Assembly (NCBI GenBank): GCA_026770705.1 | Contig: JANJGN010000036.1 | Location: 1,116,001-1,180,000 of the forward strand | Source of the DNA: Isurus oxyrinchus | Lineage: Eukaryota | Direction: 5' to 3' | Length of the DNA stretch: 64,000 nucleotides | Part shown: piece by piece, positions 1-12,642 of the stretch | Position numbering within the stretch: the stretch's first letter is position 1 | Layout: each line of letters begins with the position of its first letter | Notes under the pieces: generated by a model | Database searches by the model: none | Seen by the model: only the letters and a program-made list of their open reading frames with translations | What the model was told of the DNA's origin: nothing | Made by a program: the position numbers and the translations under genes

Positions 1-959
1 ATGAAAGAAGAATTCAAAGGAAGTTTCACAGAGGTGACCTGATAACTCTCTGTTGACCTCCACTAGGCCAAATACATCGGCCGGGGGCCATTGCTTTTTA
101 AGATACCTGTTACGATTGGAATCAATGTTATTCACTGAGCAAGCCAAATCTCAGACGGAAGGATGTCTTACTGATCTTTTTTGCCTTGCATTTTGAAAAC
201 GAAGGAAAACAATTGGTCCCAGTAGCACCGAATCCCAGTAACACTTTTACATTTCTAAACTTAAATGGTTTATGGCTAAGAATGAAAAAAATGCTACCAC
301 ACAAGCATGGTTGAAACAGTCTTGCAATATATTCCCGCAAAAAGCCCATAAAACAAACCAGTAAACTGCTTGGCAACAGCTCCCTTACAGATCTTTAACC
401 ATAAAAATCCAATAATATTGCACGAGGCAAAAAAACTGCTGCTACCAAAGTCAATACAACACACTAATTAGCACTCTCTTCCACTCTGCGGTGGAAATCC
501 GAGGTTCAGAAACACAGTCTCTCCTGAAAACAAAGACCACTCTCTCTATAAATCGGATGGCTGCTTCAAATTTACATTTCTCTCCCAGCACAGAGCTGGT
601 ATAAGGACATCTCCACCACACAGTCATCTCAGCTCAAATAAATAACCTTCCATAAATAACGTTTTTTTTTCCCACTTTCATCATGGACTGCATTATCGTA
701 AGCAACTGTTAGAACTCAACAGTTCCAAAATATACAAATTTCATACGTCTTCCTATTGTCTCCACTTTCGGGTGAAATAAAATTTAATAAGATTCCCTTG
801 TTTACTTATGAAATCTTTTTAAGGTGTACAAGTCTGTCAAACTCCCTTTGAAATTTAGGAGCTAAGAGAAAGCCTTATATATAAGCTAATAGAATTTAAG
901 CACCAAACTTACTATTTTGTAATTCCAAATTCACCATAGGCTTTCAGTACAAATGCAAT

Positions 960-1117
960 NNNNNNNNNNNNNNNNNNNNNNNNNNNNNNNNNNNNNNNNN
1001 NNNNNNNNNNNNNNNNNNNNNNNNNNNNNNNNNNNNNNNNNNNNNNNNNNNNNNNNNNNNNNNNNNNNNNNNNNNNNNNNNNNNNNNNNNNNNNNNNNNN
1101 NNNNNNNNNNNNNNNNN
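960..1117. other. Assembly gap (N run)
   Basis: N bases. Confidence 1.
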
Positions 1118-1953
1118 CACCACCATAATCCCTAAAATATATAACAGCAACGCCCATCTTCACATACTGACCTCCAGACATTCACCTTGTTCCCATACCC
1201 CTTAATACATTTAGACAACACAATGAAATGGATACCAGCTTCAACAGCTTACTGTGGGGGAGTGATCCAGATTTGCACTGCACCTTCCACAGAACCACTT
1301 GCTCCAAAACGCACTACAATCACAATAAAGCTCAGACATGTGACTTTAAGATTAAATACTAACCAAGAGACACTGTGTAAAAGTGAAGTGGAACCAGCAC
1401 AATGTTCTTTCATCGCTGTCCCTCTCCTCCTGTGTTCCCGTTCAAAAAATGATGAAACATATCAGATCTCAGGCAAAGCATCTCAATCCAGGAATGATGT
1501 TGTCAGCTCAACAGAAATTGCAGGTTTATCCAGATGAAATTCAATTATAATTGAACTATTAATCAGCACAAACATTTGGTGCATCGTTCTACTTGAATAT
1601 TAATTTATTTTGTTTACATACAGACATTTATCAAGAAATGTACATCCTGCTAGTAACTTGGTTTACAGGATCAGCAGAAAAGATCCAAGGAAACTAGGGA
1701 AATTCTTTCCTCAGTGTTTCTTTTAACCTTGCGTTTAATGAGAAGAATGGAATATCCTTAACAACAATCAAAACATCTTTAAGATTCAACGAAATGAGAC
1801 ATTCTTTGAAAGTTCTGGCGCGTGCATGGGGAAAGTTTAATTGTTTGATGGAAGTCACCTTAGCTGCATGTTTATTTCCATAAAGCTGTAAGCTCTTTGG
1901 CTAATGCAGGCCCCTCCTGATAGTTGATCAGAAAGAAACCTTCCCGATTCTCA

Positions 1954-4451
1954 TCAGCGGCGCGTCTTCTTTTTTAATCTTTTGTCCAAGGCAGCCAAGT
2001 CCAGGGAGGCGTGGAGAGGGCCGTCTTGAGTCTGGGAAACATGTTACACATTAACACCAGAAAGCAGTTAAAAGACAGGTCAGATTACCCACTCCCGCAA
2101 TTGAGTCTCATGGAACCATAGAATGGTTCAACACTGATGAAGGACATTCGGTCCATTGTGCCACCCCTTTGAAAGAGGTATGCAATTAGCCCCCTGTCTC
2201 CATATCGATGTCATTATTTTCTGCTTCCACTATTTTCTAATTCCTTCTTGAATGTCCCCATTGAATCTGCTTCTATTTCATTCTAGATCAATTTGAAGGG
2301 ATTTTTCTGCTTTATTTGTATGTGTAAGAATTGTCTGAATTACTGTTTTGTAGCAGAGAAGCAGAATTAGGAAATCTGTTTAATGTTGTTTGAGGTATAA
2401 AATATGAAACGCCCTCCATCCCAACCCACATCACCTATCTACTTGCAATAGTGGCGATATCAACTTTTATGCCAAGCTGAAAGGGTAGCCTGGGCCTCGG
2501 TTTAACGGTTGATGTGAAAAATGCACCTCAGACAATGCAGCACTCGCTCTGCAGATTCAGTCTAGACTTTATGCTCTGGACATACACACCCACACACACA
2601 TCCACACAAACACACACTGGCACAAATACTTTCCAACCAAACTGAATCTTTCTTCGTCCACTTACAACAGAAACACAAATTCAATTATCTGTAAAACTCC
2701 CGTGACATTGTTATTATCTACATTGTAATTCCATTGGCTAATCTATCTATAAATTGGTTTGGTTGGGAGAAGGAGAAAGGTCGGAAATTTGCGGGTGGGG
2801 CATGAGACCCAATGTGGAGATAAAAGAAATTAGCATAACTCTAAAATGGAAACTGCTGCGAATCCGCTGCTAATTCTGGCGGAGCCATTATACCTGGAAC
2901 ATCACACTGTCCTTTGTAGTGTCAGATGGGGAGAGGGACTGTGGGGAATTTTCTGATTTTAGTTAGAAGGAAGAATGGGATTTGATACAATTTCAGATGC
3001 TCTACACCATGCCCTTGTCTCTGATAATAACGAGATATATCTAGCATTGGAACCATTGCATCTTGTCCCAAAGAGGAATTTTGTTTTATATTGTTATAAC
3101 AGATTCACAAAACTCACCTGTGTTGCATACTGATGTGTCCACGTTGCCTCTGCTTGACGGTGGTCATGTGTGTTATTAATGGCCATGATATGAATTGAAA
3201 CGTTATCCCAGTCAGGTCAATATATAATTCAATACAGATACACTGTTCACCAATGACCCACCAATTTACCAATGGCCCCAATACACCAATCGGCCCCATA
3301 TGTCACTGGGACCCCATTTTGTGCAATAGCCCCCAAAGTGAGAAAAGTGTCTCAATTCTTCAGTCGGGTGAATTTCGCCAATGGATGAACAAGTACTATC
3401 TACCACAATGCCAGGCGTCTATTGTCCATCTGGTATATTACTGCCATTATTAATAACCAGTAATTGGAATTTAACATGGTTCTCAGAGATAGAGTGATTG
3501 TAGAACATTTTCGTGGCAGGAAATGCTCTTATGCATCTTCCAATTCTGCCCACTTGAAATTTAATTGTTGCCAACATTTTAATGCAACTTACCCGTTTGT
3601 CACTCATTCCGGCCCTGTCTTTGCCTTCTCTCTCTCAAGCTAAAACTGGATTCGAACAAAAATATCAAACAGATGTTATGTCCTTTAAATCCAGGCTCAG
3701 GTGCCAGTAATACTTGAGAAGAGAATTGTAGAACGGTCTTAGAATCAACCTTAAAAATCATGGGAAATGTTAGCATATATCATTGGAATCAGTGTTGGAG
3801 CTGAGCCGGGTTAGAAACAGTGCTAAATATAGAGATGGTGTTCGGGATGAACTTTGAAAATGCTTCATTTACTGACTTTTCATTTTGGGATCTCTTGTCT
3901 TGTTCTTTTGAAAGTAGAAAATGTAATTGGCAATTTTCAAGTACAAAAATGAAATCAGATAAGGAAACAATTTTTCAAATATTACCAGTAAATATTAATC
4001 CTTACCTGATCTTCCGCTTTTATGAATCCAAATGGAAATAAGGACCAAGAGTAGAACCAGTATCACCAGGATACGTATGACAACAGGAAGGGCCAGCATG
4101 CACCATCCTACAGAGACAAAACACTTCGAAACTGCTGCTCGGTTAAATCATCCTTTTCTGGAATTCTCTGTTGGGAAACGTGACCGAAAAGGAAGTCCAG
4201 AATCAGTCCATTCGGACGATCGTGCCAGTGTAGGATCTTTGAAAGGTGTATCTAATTATTCCTAGTCTCCCTGTTCTTCCCATCAAATTTCCATCCACCG
4301 ACGGAGAAATATAAGACAAATCCAGGAATTGTTTACAAGGACAAGTCTACATCTGGGTCTAATGTAACCCTAAATTATTTTAACAGACTTTAACAGGCTG
4401 AATGCAAACACACACATACACACGCACTCACACACACACGCACACACACAG

Positions 4452-4492
<41 letters not shown>

Positions 4493-4840
4493 AATATGGC
4501 TCTAAGAAGCTCATGAATTATTCCAAATTACTTCAAAGTCGAATAAAAGAGATAGGAAACATTGCTTCTAAAGACATCGCCTGTAATTTAAGTAGAATCA
4601 CAACATTAACCTCAATCAGTCTTAATTCTCCAATATATTTTTATTCGACGTATAGGAGGAAACTGTAAATAAGTTCAAATGATCAACTCAAAACCCTTCA
4701 CCTGGTTACTGGGTCGCATTTTCAGCTAAATAGATACTGATTCTGTTTGATTTCAGTTGAAAATTATCACCCGCCATGCACTCACCGTAAATACGCAGCA
4801 CTTGGAAAATTAGAATCAGCGGTAAAAATCCCTTGGCCAT
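1954..4840 (-). pseudogene. Gene A1: A paralog lacking V and C1 exons, with Arg in the TM and a disabled tail
   Basis: Leader 4840-4786 is intact. A deletion junction at ~4549 removes the equivalent of ~33665-34482. TM 4107-4006 (GWCMLALPVVIRILVILVLLLVLISIWIHKSGRS). Cytoplasmic exons: 3907-3877 (acceptor AG>AA), 3645-3593 (TGA at 3602-3600), 3167-3118 (AG>AC), 2031-1954 (PLHASL). Confidence 0.8.
4405..4491. repeat. (CA)n(TA)n microsatellite
   Basis: Directly visible. Confidence 0.95.
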
Positions 4841-5317
4841 GTTGACGCAGCGATTTCTCCCTGTTTTCGCTCTCACCAGTTTGTTTCTGCAGGTGGAGTG
4901 GTGGCAGGCTGACCTGAGCTCAGTCCCAGTCAGTTACTCCCCTTTCAGTTGCTGTGGGAGCTATGATGAGCTATGCTGTGAAAAGTATGATACTGTTTTG
5001 AGTGTGCTGTCCTGGTGAATGTCACATGCGTTTGACTTACTGTGGCCACCATCTGTGCGCCACAGCAGTCAAATGGCAGAGTGTTTACAAAGAACTTTAC
5101 TGGGTTGTTTGTAGCGGGGAAAGGATGCGGGTAGGGCATGGGTCTTAGATTACTAATTGTATTGAGAGATACTGAATATTGTAGTTAAAGGTTAATGAAT
5201 CCTGGGCATGTCAGAGCCGTTGGCAAGACAAGCATATATTAACCATCCCTAATGGACTCTTGAGGTGGTGGTGATGATCGGCTTTCCGAATTGGTGAAGT
5301 CCATGTGGTATAGGTAC

Positions 5318-5456
5318 TTGGCCTAAATATCCAAGTGATTATGGTACTGGGTTTGTAACCCCCAAATCAAGAGTTCAAATCTCACAATGGGAAACTATGA
5401 AACAATGTAACTTCATCTGAAACAGATGGAAACGGGTTTGTACTCGAAAGAGTAAC
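5318..5456 (+). mobile_element. Short tRNA-like SINE insertion specific to unit 1
   Basis: Absent at the homologous site ~35257. Has a tRNA-like anticodon arm 'gggtttgtaaccc' and B-box 'gagttcaaatctc'. Confidence 0.6.
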
Positions 5457-7894
5457 ACTCACCGTGCTTTTTGGTAGGGAGCTCCAAGAGTTTTGTGACA
5501 GTGACGGGATAGCGGTTCTTTTCAAGCCAGGGTGGTGAGTGACTTGCAGGGCAACTTGCAGTTGGTCGTGTTTCCATGTATGTGCTGCCGTTGTACTTGA
5601 CGTTTGGAGAGGTCGCAGGTTTGGAAGGCGAATGCCAGGAATTCAGAGTGTTATGTCATGGTGCTCAATATAACCTATTCTGTGAACAGTTTGTACAAGT
5701 TTCATGATAACACCTGGTTAAGAGAGAGAGTGGAAACTATTGGGTAAAATGTATAGGGATTGATTTGAATTTTAATTACGAATGTCTCATTCTCTTTGTC
5801 ATAAATTACGCAGAACAAGCACGGTCACTCACTGCACTTACAGAGAATGTAAATGAACGAATCTCTTTCGAATTCAGTCCACTCCTTACAGTTTCCGTGC
5901 ATCGTCCTCCCTTCTGTTAAGTCTCATTGAGTAGGGTTTCGAGTGACTTATTCTATAATATAAAACCCCATTGGTGATTGACCTGAATTCAGTGTTCTGA
6001 GTTCATTGCAGTATGCTATTTAACAATCATTTGATTGATTGACCCCGTGAAGTGAGTTTCAAACAAAAATACATGTTGCACTTTGTATTGTGCTCTAAGC
6101 GTGCTTACAGCAGTTCAACGGAAAATTCACAGCACAGTAATCACTTTGAAATAGCTGTTAAGCTCCTTTGATGTTACAATTTACAGTTACATATAATTGG
6201 CAGCACAGAAAAATGCCATTCGACCCGACTGCTCATGATCGTGTTTATGCTCTGCACAAGCCTCTTCCCACCCCTCTTCATCACAGCCCAACAGAATATC
6301 CTTCTATTCATTTCTCCCTCATGTTTTATCCAGCTTCTCACTTAAATGCAAATCTGCAATCGACTCAACTATACCCTGCGGGAATGGGTTCTGCATTCTC
6401 CCCAAATTTCGGGTAAAGAAATTGCTCCTGAATTCCAGGCTGGATTTATCTCCTATTATGACCCCATTACAGAGGACAATAGGAACACAGGGCTAGGCCA
6501 TTCGGCCCTTCGAGCCTTCTCCACCATTCGATAAGGTCATGTCCGATCTGCTAGTGTTCTCGACTCTACTTCCCTGTCTGCCACAAATAGGCCTTGAGGC
6601 CCTTGCTGAACAAAATCTGTGTTGTGCGGCCTTGAATAAATTCAAAGTCCCAACCATGACTACTTTCTGGGGAACAGATTTCCACACACCAATGACCCTT
6701 TCGGTGAAAAAAATCTTTTTAGTTCTGCCTTAAAACGGAGACATTTATTTTTGATCCATGCCACGAGTTTTGTCCAGAACAGGAAACACCCTTCGGGTAT
6801 CCGCCCTATCAGGACCACTCAGGAACTTAAATGTTCAAATAAGTTCACCTTTCATTCCTTTAAACCCCAATTAGCATCCCTGGACTCTCCAGAATTCGCG
6901 AATGGATTTATTGATCACCAGTATTGTGGAAATTGTGCCGAAGTCGAGTCATCTTCCTTAAGTCTGCCTAAATAAAGCATTTTATAATTTTGAAGATCAC
7001 GATAAGCTCACCTATCAATCTTCCCTTTTTTTAAGAAAATAGCCCCAGCCGGTTCATTCTTTCTTAATACTATAAGCTCTCAGTTCTGATATCATCCTTG
7101 TGAAATATTAACTATACCATTTCCAGTATTTCTGCATCCTTTCTACAGAATGCAGAACCGTGTTCTGAACTCCAACTGTGGTCTAACTGATGCGAATACA
7201 TACCAGGTGTATTTTACAAAACAGATGATGAGTGTGTGACAGAAGTTCGAGCAGTAATAAACAGGAAACCGCAGAGAGCTGTCTACTTCGGCAACATTTT
7301 CCAACCCCTATCGTGTATCTATGAATAGGCACACAATACCATTAAGTCTGCATATTTCACACCTCCTTCACACCGAGAGAACGAGAACGAGTTCTCAGTG
7401 AGGTTGGTTATTACGTACCTTAACTATTCCACTCTGAATACCCGATGTTGCTTATTTCACGTGTTCTTTCCTCATAACTGGGCCCGATGCCTTGTAAAAT
7501 CATGGAAAGTGGCGCAGTTGGGCAAGTTCAACTTGGATATTTGTTCACCACTTTCTAAAACTACTTAAAAATAGATAAATTACCTTTTCAGTTGCACAGA
7601 TGTTGAAGCATTGCAGACAATTTCCTTTTGCCCTTTTTGCATTCGTCCAGAACTTGACCTATTGCCGTTTGATTTCACATTGGTCAAGAATTACACGAAT
7701 GGAGGCAGTTTTCCTGTACAGTCTTATGTATTTTATTTAATTGTCTTTGCACTTTACCCGGCCCCATTTCCAGTACATAGTGGAATATTCCTTTACATTT
7801 CTCTCGAGTTTCCTGAGGATTATATTCTATAATTTATTTTCAGTATTATGCATCCACCATAACGAACTAGCAATATGATAGTAAAACAAAATAA

Positions 7895-8130
7895 TAGCAA
7901 AACGAAATCAATTTGGTGCGGATGCCCGAAATTTGAAATGACAACAAAGAAGACTGGGAACCCTCAGCCGGCCCAGCAGCACTTGGGGAGAGAGAAACAG
8001 AGTTAACGTTTAGAGTCGAATATAACTTCTTTCGAAATAAAGGAAAGTAGCAATGTGCTGGGATTTGTGCCTTTGAAAGGGAGAGCAGCGGGAAGGACAG
8101 AAGATGGACTTCCGGGATAAGGTAGAGGGT
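7895..8130. mobile_element. Penelope-like terminal fragment
   Basis: Same family as 53656-53790 ('gagagagaaacagagttaacgtt'). Confidence 0.6.
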
Positions 8131-9409
8131 GGGAAAAAAATACAAGACAAATCCGTCAGGGAACAAAAGGCAAAAGGAGCAGTAATGGTTTGATATCTCT
8201 TGTTGGAGATGGTGATGTTCGGGCACTTATGTGGTGGAAATGATAGTTACAAATTATTTGCCAAAGGCTAACCGTTGTGCAGGTCTTGCTGATTATGGAC
8301 ACGGACTGGTTTAGTGTCCGAATGGTGCCAAAGATTGTGCAATCATCAGGAAAGATCCTCACTGCAGACATGATGATGGGGGACCATCTATTTTTGAAAC
8401 TGAATGAGTCGAAACTTTTTTGCATTAAATGCTTCAAATAATGTGGTCATTGTTTTCGGTCCCGCTCCAATCTCTGTTCTCTTTCTGCCAATTTGTACTG
8501 GCCACACTCTGTAGGCATTTTTGGAGTAACATTTGATTTTCGGGATGCAAACCCAACTCTAAGGCAGCCTTTTCCTACGTGTGTAACATTGCTTGACTTG
8601 TCTCTTAGCTATTCAACCGGAACAGTTAGTGACATCATTATTTTTAAACTGTCATCCAGATACTGCCCTGCAACTAACCATAAAGACCTGCCAACAAACT
8701 CTTTTCTACTGTAACTACACATTCAGTTACATCACTACCTCCACTATAACCATCCATCTACGTATATTACCGAACTCAATTGAGGTGTAAGTGTCCAGAC
8801 AGATTTTTCTGTGAGGTCACTTGGACTGTAATTTGCAATACAATTCATGTACTGACCAGAATTCTACGGTAATATTGGATCCAGAAAAATCCAGGAGCAT
8901 ACTTGCAATTTTATCCCAAATTAAGATGTATCGTGAAACCAACTTTTACTAAGATTATCCTTGGAGATATATCGCTGTCACGACTAGAATTGTGTCTAAA
9001 CGTCCGGATGTGTCAGTGTATTCTCTTGTACCAAGCCGACCAGAAGAGATATTGGTCTCACTTGGATTGGGACCACAAACACAGTTATACTAGCAACATC
9101 TATTTAATTGTACATACTCATCCAGGCATTTTCTCAATGACATTTGTTCTATAATTACCCATTCAGACTCATCGCTGATCGCAACTGTATGATAACTACA
9201 TGTCCAGTTACACCAGTGAAGTCATTGTCCTGTAACAAACAGTCAGAGATAACACTAAACACGGAAGTACCAATCCACTTTTCTCACTGATATCTCGAAA
9301 ATAAAATTAACACACAGAAATACGAGCGAACGTTTTTGCAGATTATCTCTGCACCTCGGGCCAGGTTTATCTGTCTGCATGGTTGTCTGCCTGTTTGTCT
9401 GCCTGTCAA

Positions 9410-9520
9410 TTAATCTATCTATGTATTTATCTATCTATTTATCTATCTATTTATCAATCTATTTATCAATCTATTTATCAATCTATCTATTTATCAATCT
9501 ATCTAGCTATCTATCTATCC
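9410..9520. repeat. (TATC)n-type microsatellite
   Basis: Directly visible. Confidence 0.9.
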
Positions 9521-11473
9521 ACCTCCCTGTTTGTCTATCTATATATCCGCATTTCTAGTTATCCCCAGAATCTTAAAATAACATATTTCAGCCAGAAAGC
9601 AGCTGTTATGGTTCTGCCTACCATTTTCATTCTGCTCTGATCGTTTTAAGAATCCCATTTAGTTTGTATATGACCCTGGAAAGATAATTGCTATTGTGCT
9701 AATGCTAAGTATTATAAAGGGATACTGTATCGAACCAGGATGCTTCGGATTTGACTGGTTTGACAGGATTTTAAGCCAATTGTTACCATTTGCTTTAATT
9801 CTGTATTTCAGCACACTGATGGCCAGATACATCTCATTTGCCAGTCGAGTTCATAAGAGTCTGAGGGTGAACAGCAAGGGAAAAGAAGTCACATTGACAC
9901 AAAGATGAAGACAATAGTTTGTCTGAGATTTTGCCCATCTCCACATGCGCCAGCATCATGCCTCTGCGTTTGACACATATTATCGATTTCCTAGAATGTG
10001 ACATTTAATATCAAAACCTAATAGTTGCTATGAATCTTAATATATCTTTCGAAATGTTGATATATTTTGGTTGAGTTACGTTCCTGCAAAAACATGTTTT
10101 ATTCCTGGGCAACTCAGTCTAAGTTCAAAAGTATGGTGAAAGATCTGTTTGCATCGATTATTCAATTAATTAATAAATGAAACAAGCGAAATCAGCCTGG
10201 ATGCGGGTCATTGTGTTTCCAGTCCATCAGTGCACTGATTACACATAGGCTTGTATAACCAACAGGGCACCAAGTACAGTTCGAGATCTGAAAATAATTT
10301 ACCGGTGCCCGTACTTGCCATATCTCTCTCTCCCCCTCTCTCTCTATATATACATATATATATATTTCCATTATCAGACTGCTGTGTGGTACACAAGTTT
10401 TTTCACTGGAAAACACAAAGGGCTTTTTGCGGGTACTGGGAGGAGGGTAGAACAAAGGGGCGCATTTTCAGCATATAATTTAAGACAAGAATGAGGAGAC
10501 ATTTCTGCACTCAAACAATTCAGGACCCTTCGAATTTTCTAGCCCAGAGGATATTTAAATCTTCGTCATTGAATTTGCTTAAGGTTGAAATAGAGAGATA
10601 TATGGACTCCTAGGGAATTAATGGATCCGGAGAGCAAGCGTGGAAGTATGGTTGATGCCAAAGATTAGCCATGAGCATTTTGAATAGCCGAACAGGCTCG
10701 TCAGGCCATAAGGGTTTGTCATGCTCCTTTTGTAAGTTCAAATGATAGAGTCTGGAGTGCGGGCGAGGAGGCAGAGCTTCCCTCCACGCAAGGGTGGACA
10801 CCCCTGTGACGTCAGCTTGGTGACTGCCCAGATGGGCAGAATTGAGGCAATTCCTGGTCCTCGTGTTATCTGCCATTGCTAAAGATTTTCTCTGTACTGG
10901 CTGTGTCTTTCTCACACCGTTAAATATTCTTTACTCAATCCACGGCTTTAAAAAAGCTACCTACGCCTTCTTGTCTTCTTATCCACCTCTATATAACCAT
11001 ATTCCATTTCCTCCAGAAATATCCTTTCATCTCCCAAATCCCTTCCCATCGTTCGTGAGAGAGAGAGAGAGAGATGGGAAAGATTAAGAGAGGCGGAGAG
11101 GGAGAGAGAGAGTGTGAGAGAGAGAGAGAGATGGCAAGAAATGAGCAGGCTGGAAGTAGTCCAAAGATCAACAATTAAATTTTGAAGAAATTCCAATGAC
11201 CAAACACACTAAGGCGACGGTTTCCCTCAAATGCAGCTGACCCGGGGCAAACACCAGCACAGCCGTCTTGTTTTGTGGGACTGTCTGGACAGATATCAGG
11301 AGACAGTGAATTTACAAAAAACGATAATTCTGTGCACAATCTGAATTCATTTCACTTGCTTTTTTATTTCCAATCAGTAGTGTGGATCCATTCCGGAGCT
11401 GTGCATAAGCATCTCTACAAGCGCAGAAGCAGGAACTCGAGTCTTTCACCAGAAAATTGAGAATTTACATTGC

Positions 11474-12110
11474 TTTATTGATTCATTCACGGGATGTGGG
11501 CTTCGGAGGCTGGGCTAGCATTTATTGCCCACTCCTTGTTGCCCTTGAGAAGGTTGTAGTGAGACTGCCTTCTTGAGCCGTTGCTGTCCATGTACTGTAG
11601 GTATACCCCATTGTTGTTAGGGAGGGATTCCCAAGAGTTTGACCCAGCGATAATGCTGCAACTGCAATATATTTCCAAGTCTGGATGGTGAGTGAGTTGG
11701 GTGGGGTTGGGGTGGGGGTGGGGTGGCAGGGAATTTCCAGGTGATGGTGATCCCATGTGTCTGCTGCCTTTGTACTGCTAGATGGTGGCAGTCGTGGATT
11801 TGGAATGTTTTGTCCAAGGAACCTCGCTGAATTTCTGCAGTGCATGTTTAGATAGTGCACACTGCTGCTACTGTGCGTCAGCGGTGGAGAAAGAGATGTT
11901 TGTGAATCGGATGCCAATCAAGCGGGGCTGCTTTGTCCTGGACAGTGTCGAGCTTTTGAGAGTTAATGGAGCTGCTCTAATCGAAGCAAGTGGAGAGTAT
12001 TCCCTCACACTCCTGACTTGAGTGTGCACAGAATTTGGTGAGTCAGGAGGTGAGTTACACGTCGCATGATCCCTAGCATCTGACCCGCTGTTCTAGTCAC
12101 AGTATTTAGC
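11474..12110 (-). mobile_element. LINE 3' fragment (HER1/CR1-like, sharing the HE1 SINE tail) inserted in the A' V exon
   Basis: Reverse complement ends 'gggcaataaatgctagcccagcc..cacatcccgtgaatgaat'. Confidence 0.75.
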
Positions 12111-12304
12111 AATGGCAGTATGAATACAAATTTGCAGTTGCCGTTTTTGGAAATGAACTTAAAATCGAACCCTTGGCGGGGAGGGATATTGATTAGCATC
12201 CACAAGTTGTTTGTATGAGAAATAGCTGGACACCAAATCCACTTTGCAATGGTAGCGTAGTTTTATTGCACCTGACTTCAGCTGTCATTATAAGGGAGCA
12301 GCGG

Positions 12305-12642
12305 AAGCAATAGTGATTGTGTTGTCACAGGGCTGGTTGTCGCTGGAACTCACTGTGACTAGGAGCGGTTTCGAATCCCACCACGATAGATGGTGGAATT
12401 TAAATTCAATAAAAATCTGAAATTAAGTGCAATGATGACCGTGAAGCCATTGTCGTTTGCTGTAAAAAAAGAGTGATTCCCGAATGACTTTTAGGGAAGT
12501 AAATCCGCTTTCCTTACCTGGTATGGCCTATAGATTCGCAATAATGTGGTTGAATCTTAAATGCCTTCTGAAGAAGGGCAATGGGCAATAAATGGTGGCC
12601 TAGCAAGCGACGTCCATATCTAGTGACCGAATTAAAAAAAAA
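12305..12642 (+). mobile_element. tRNA-derived SINE (HE1-like) inserted in the A' V exon
   Basis: B-box 'ggtttcgaatccc', body 'gatggtggaatttaaattcaat', tail 'gggcaataaatggtggcctagc..' followed by poly(A). Confidence 0.75.

Noticed and set aside
912-1181. ORFs containing X runs (also ~29.3-29.8, 33.4-33.9 and 48.0-48.8 kb)
   Set aside because: Artefacts of reading through N gaps.
3253-4265. Short plus-strand ORFs repeated at 31747-32761
   Set aside because: They are conserved only because of the recent duplication and are antisense to A-gene exons and introns.
5318-5395. Functional tRNA gene
   Set aside because: I could not form a complete cloverleaf or acceptor stem; it behaves as a copy-specific insertion.
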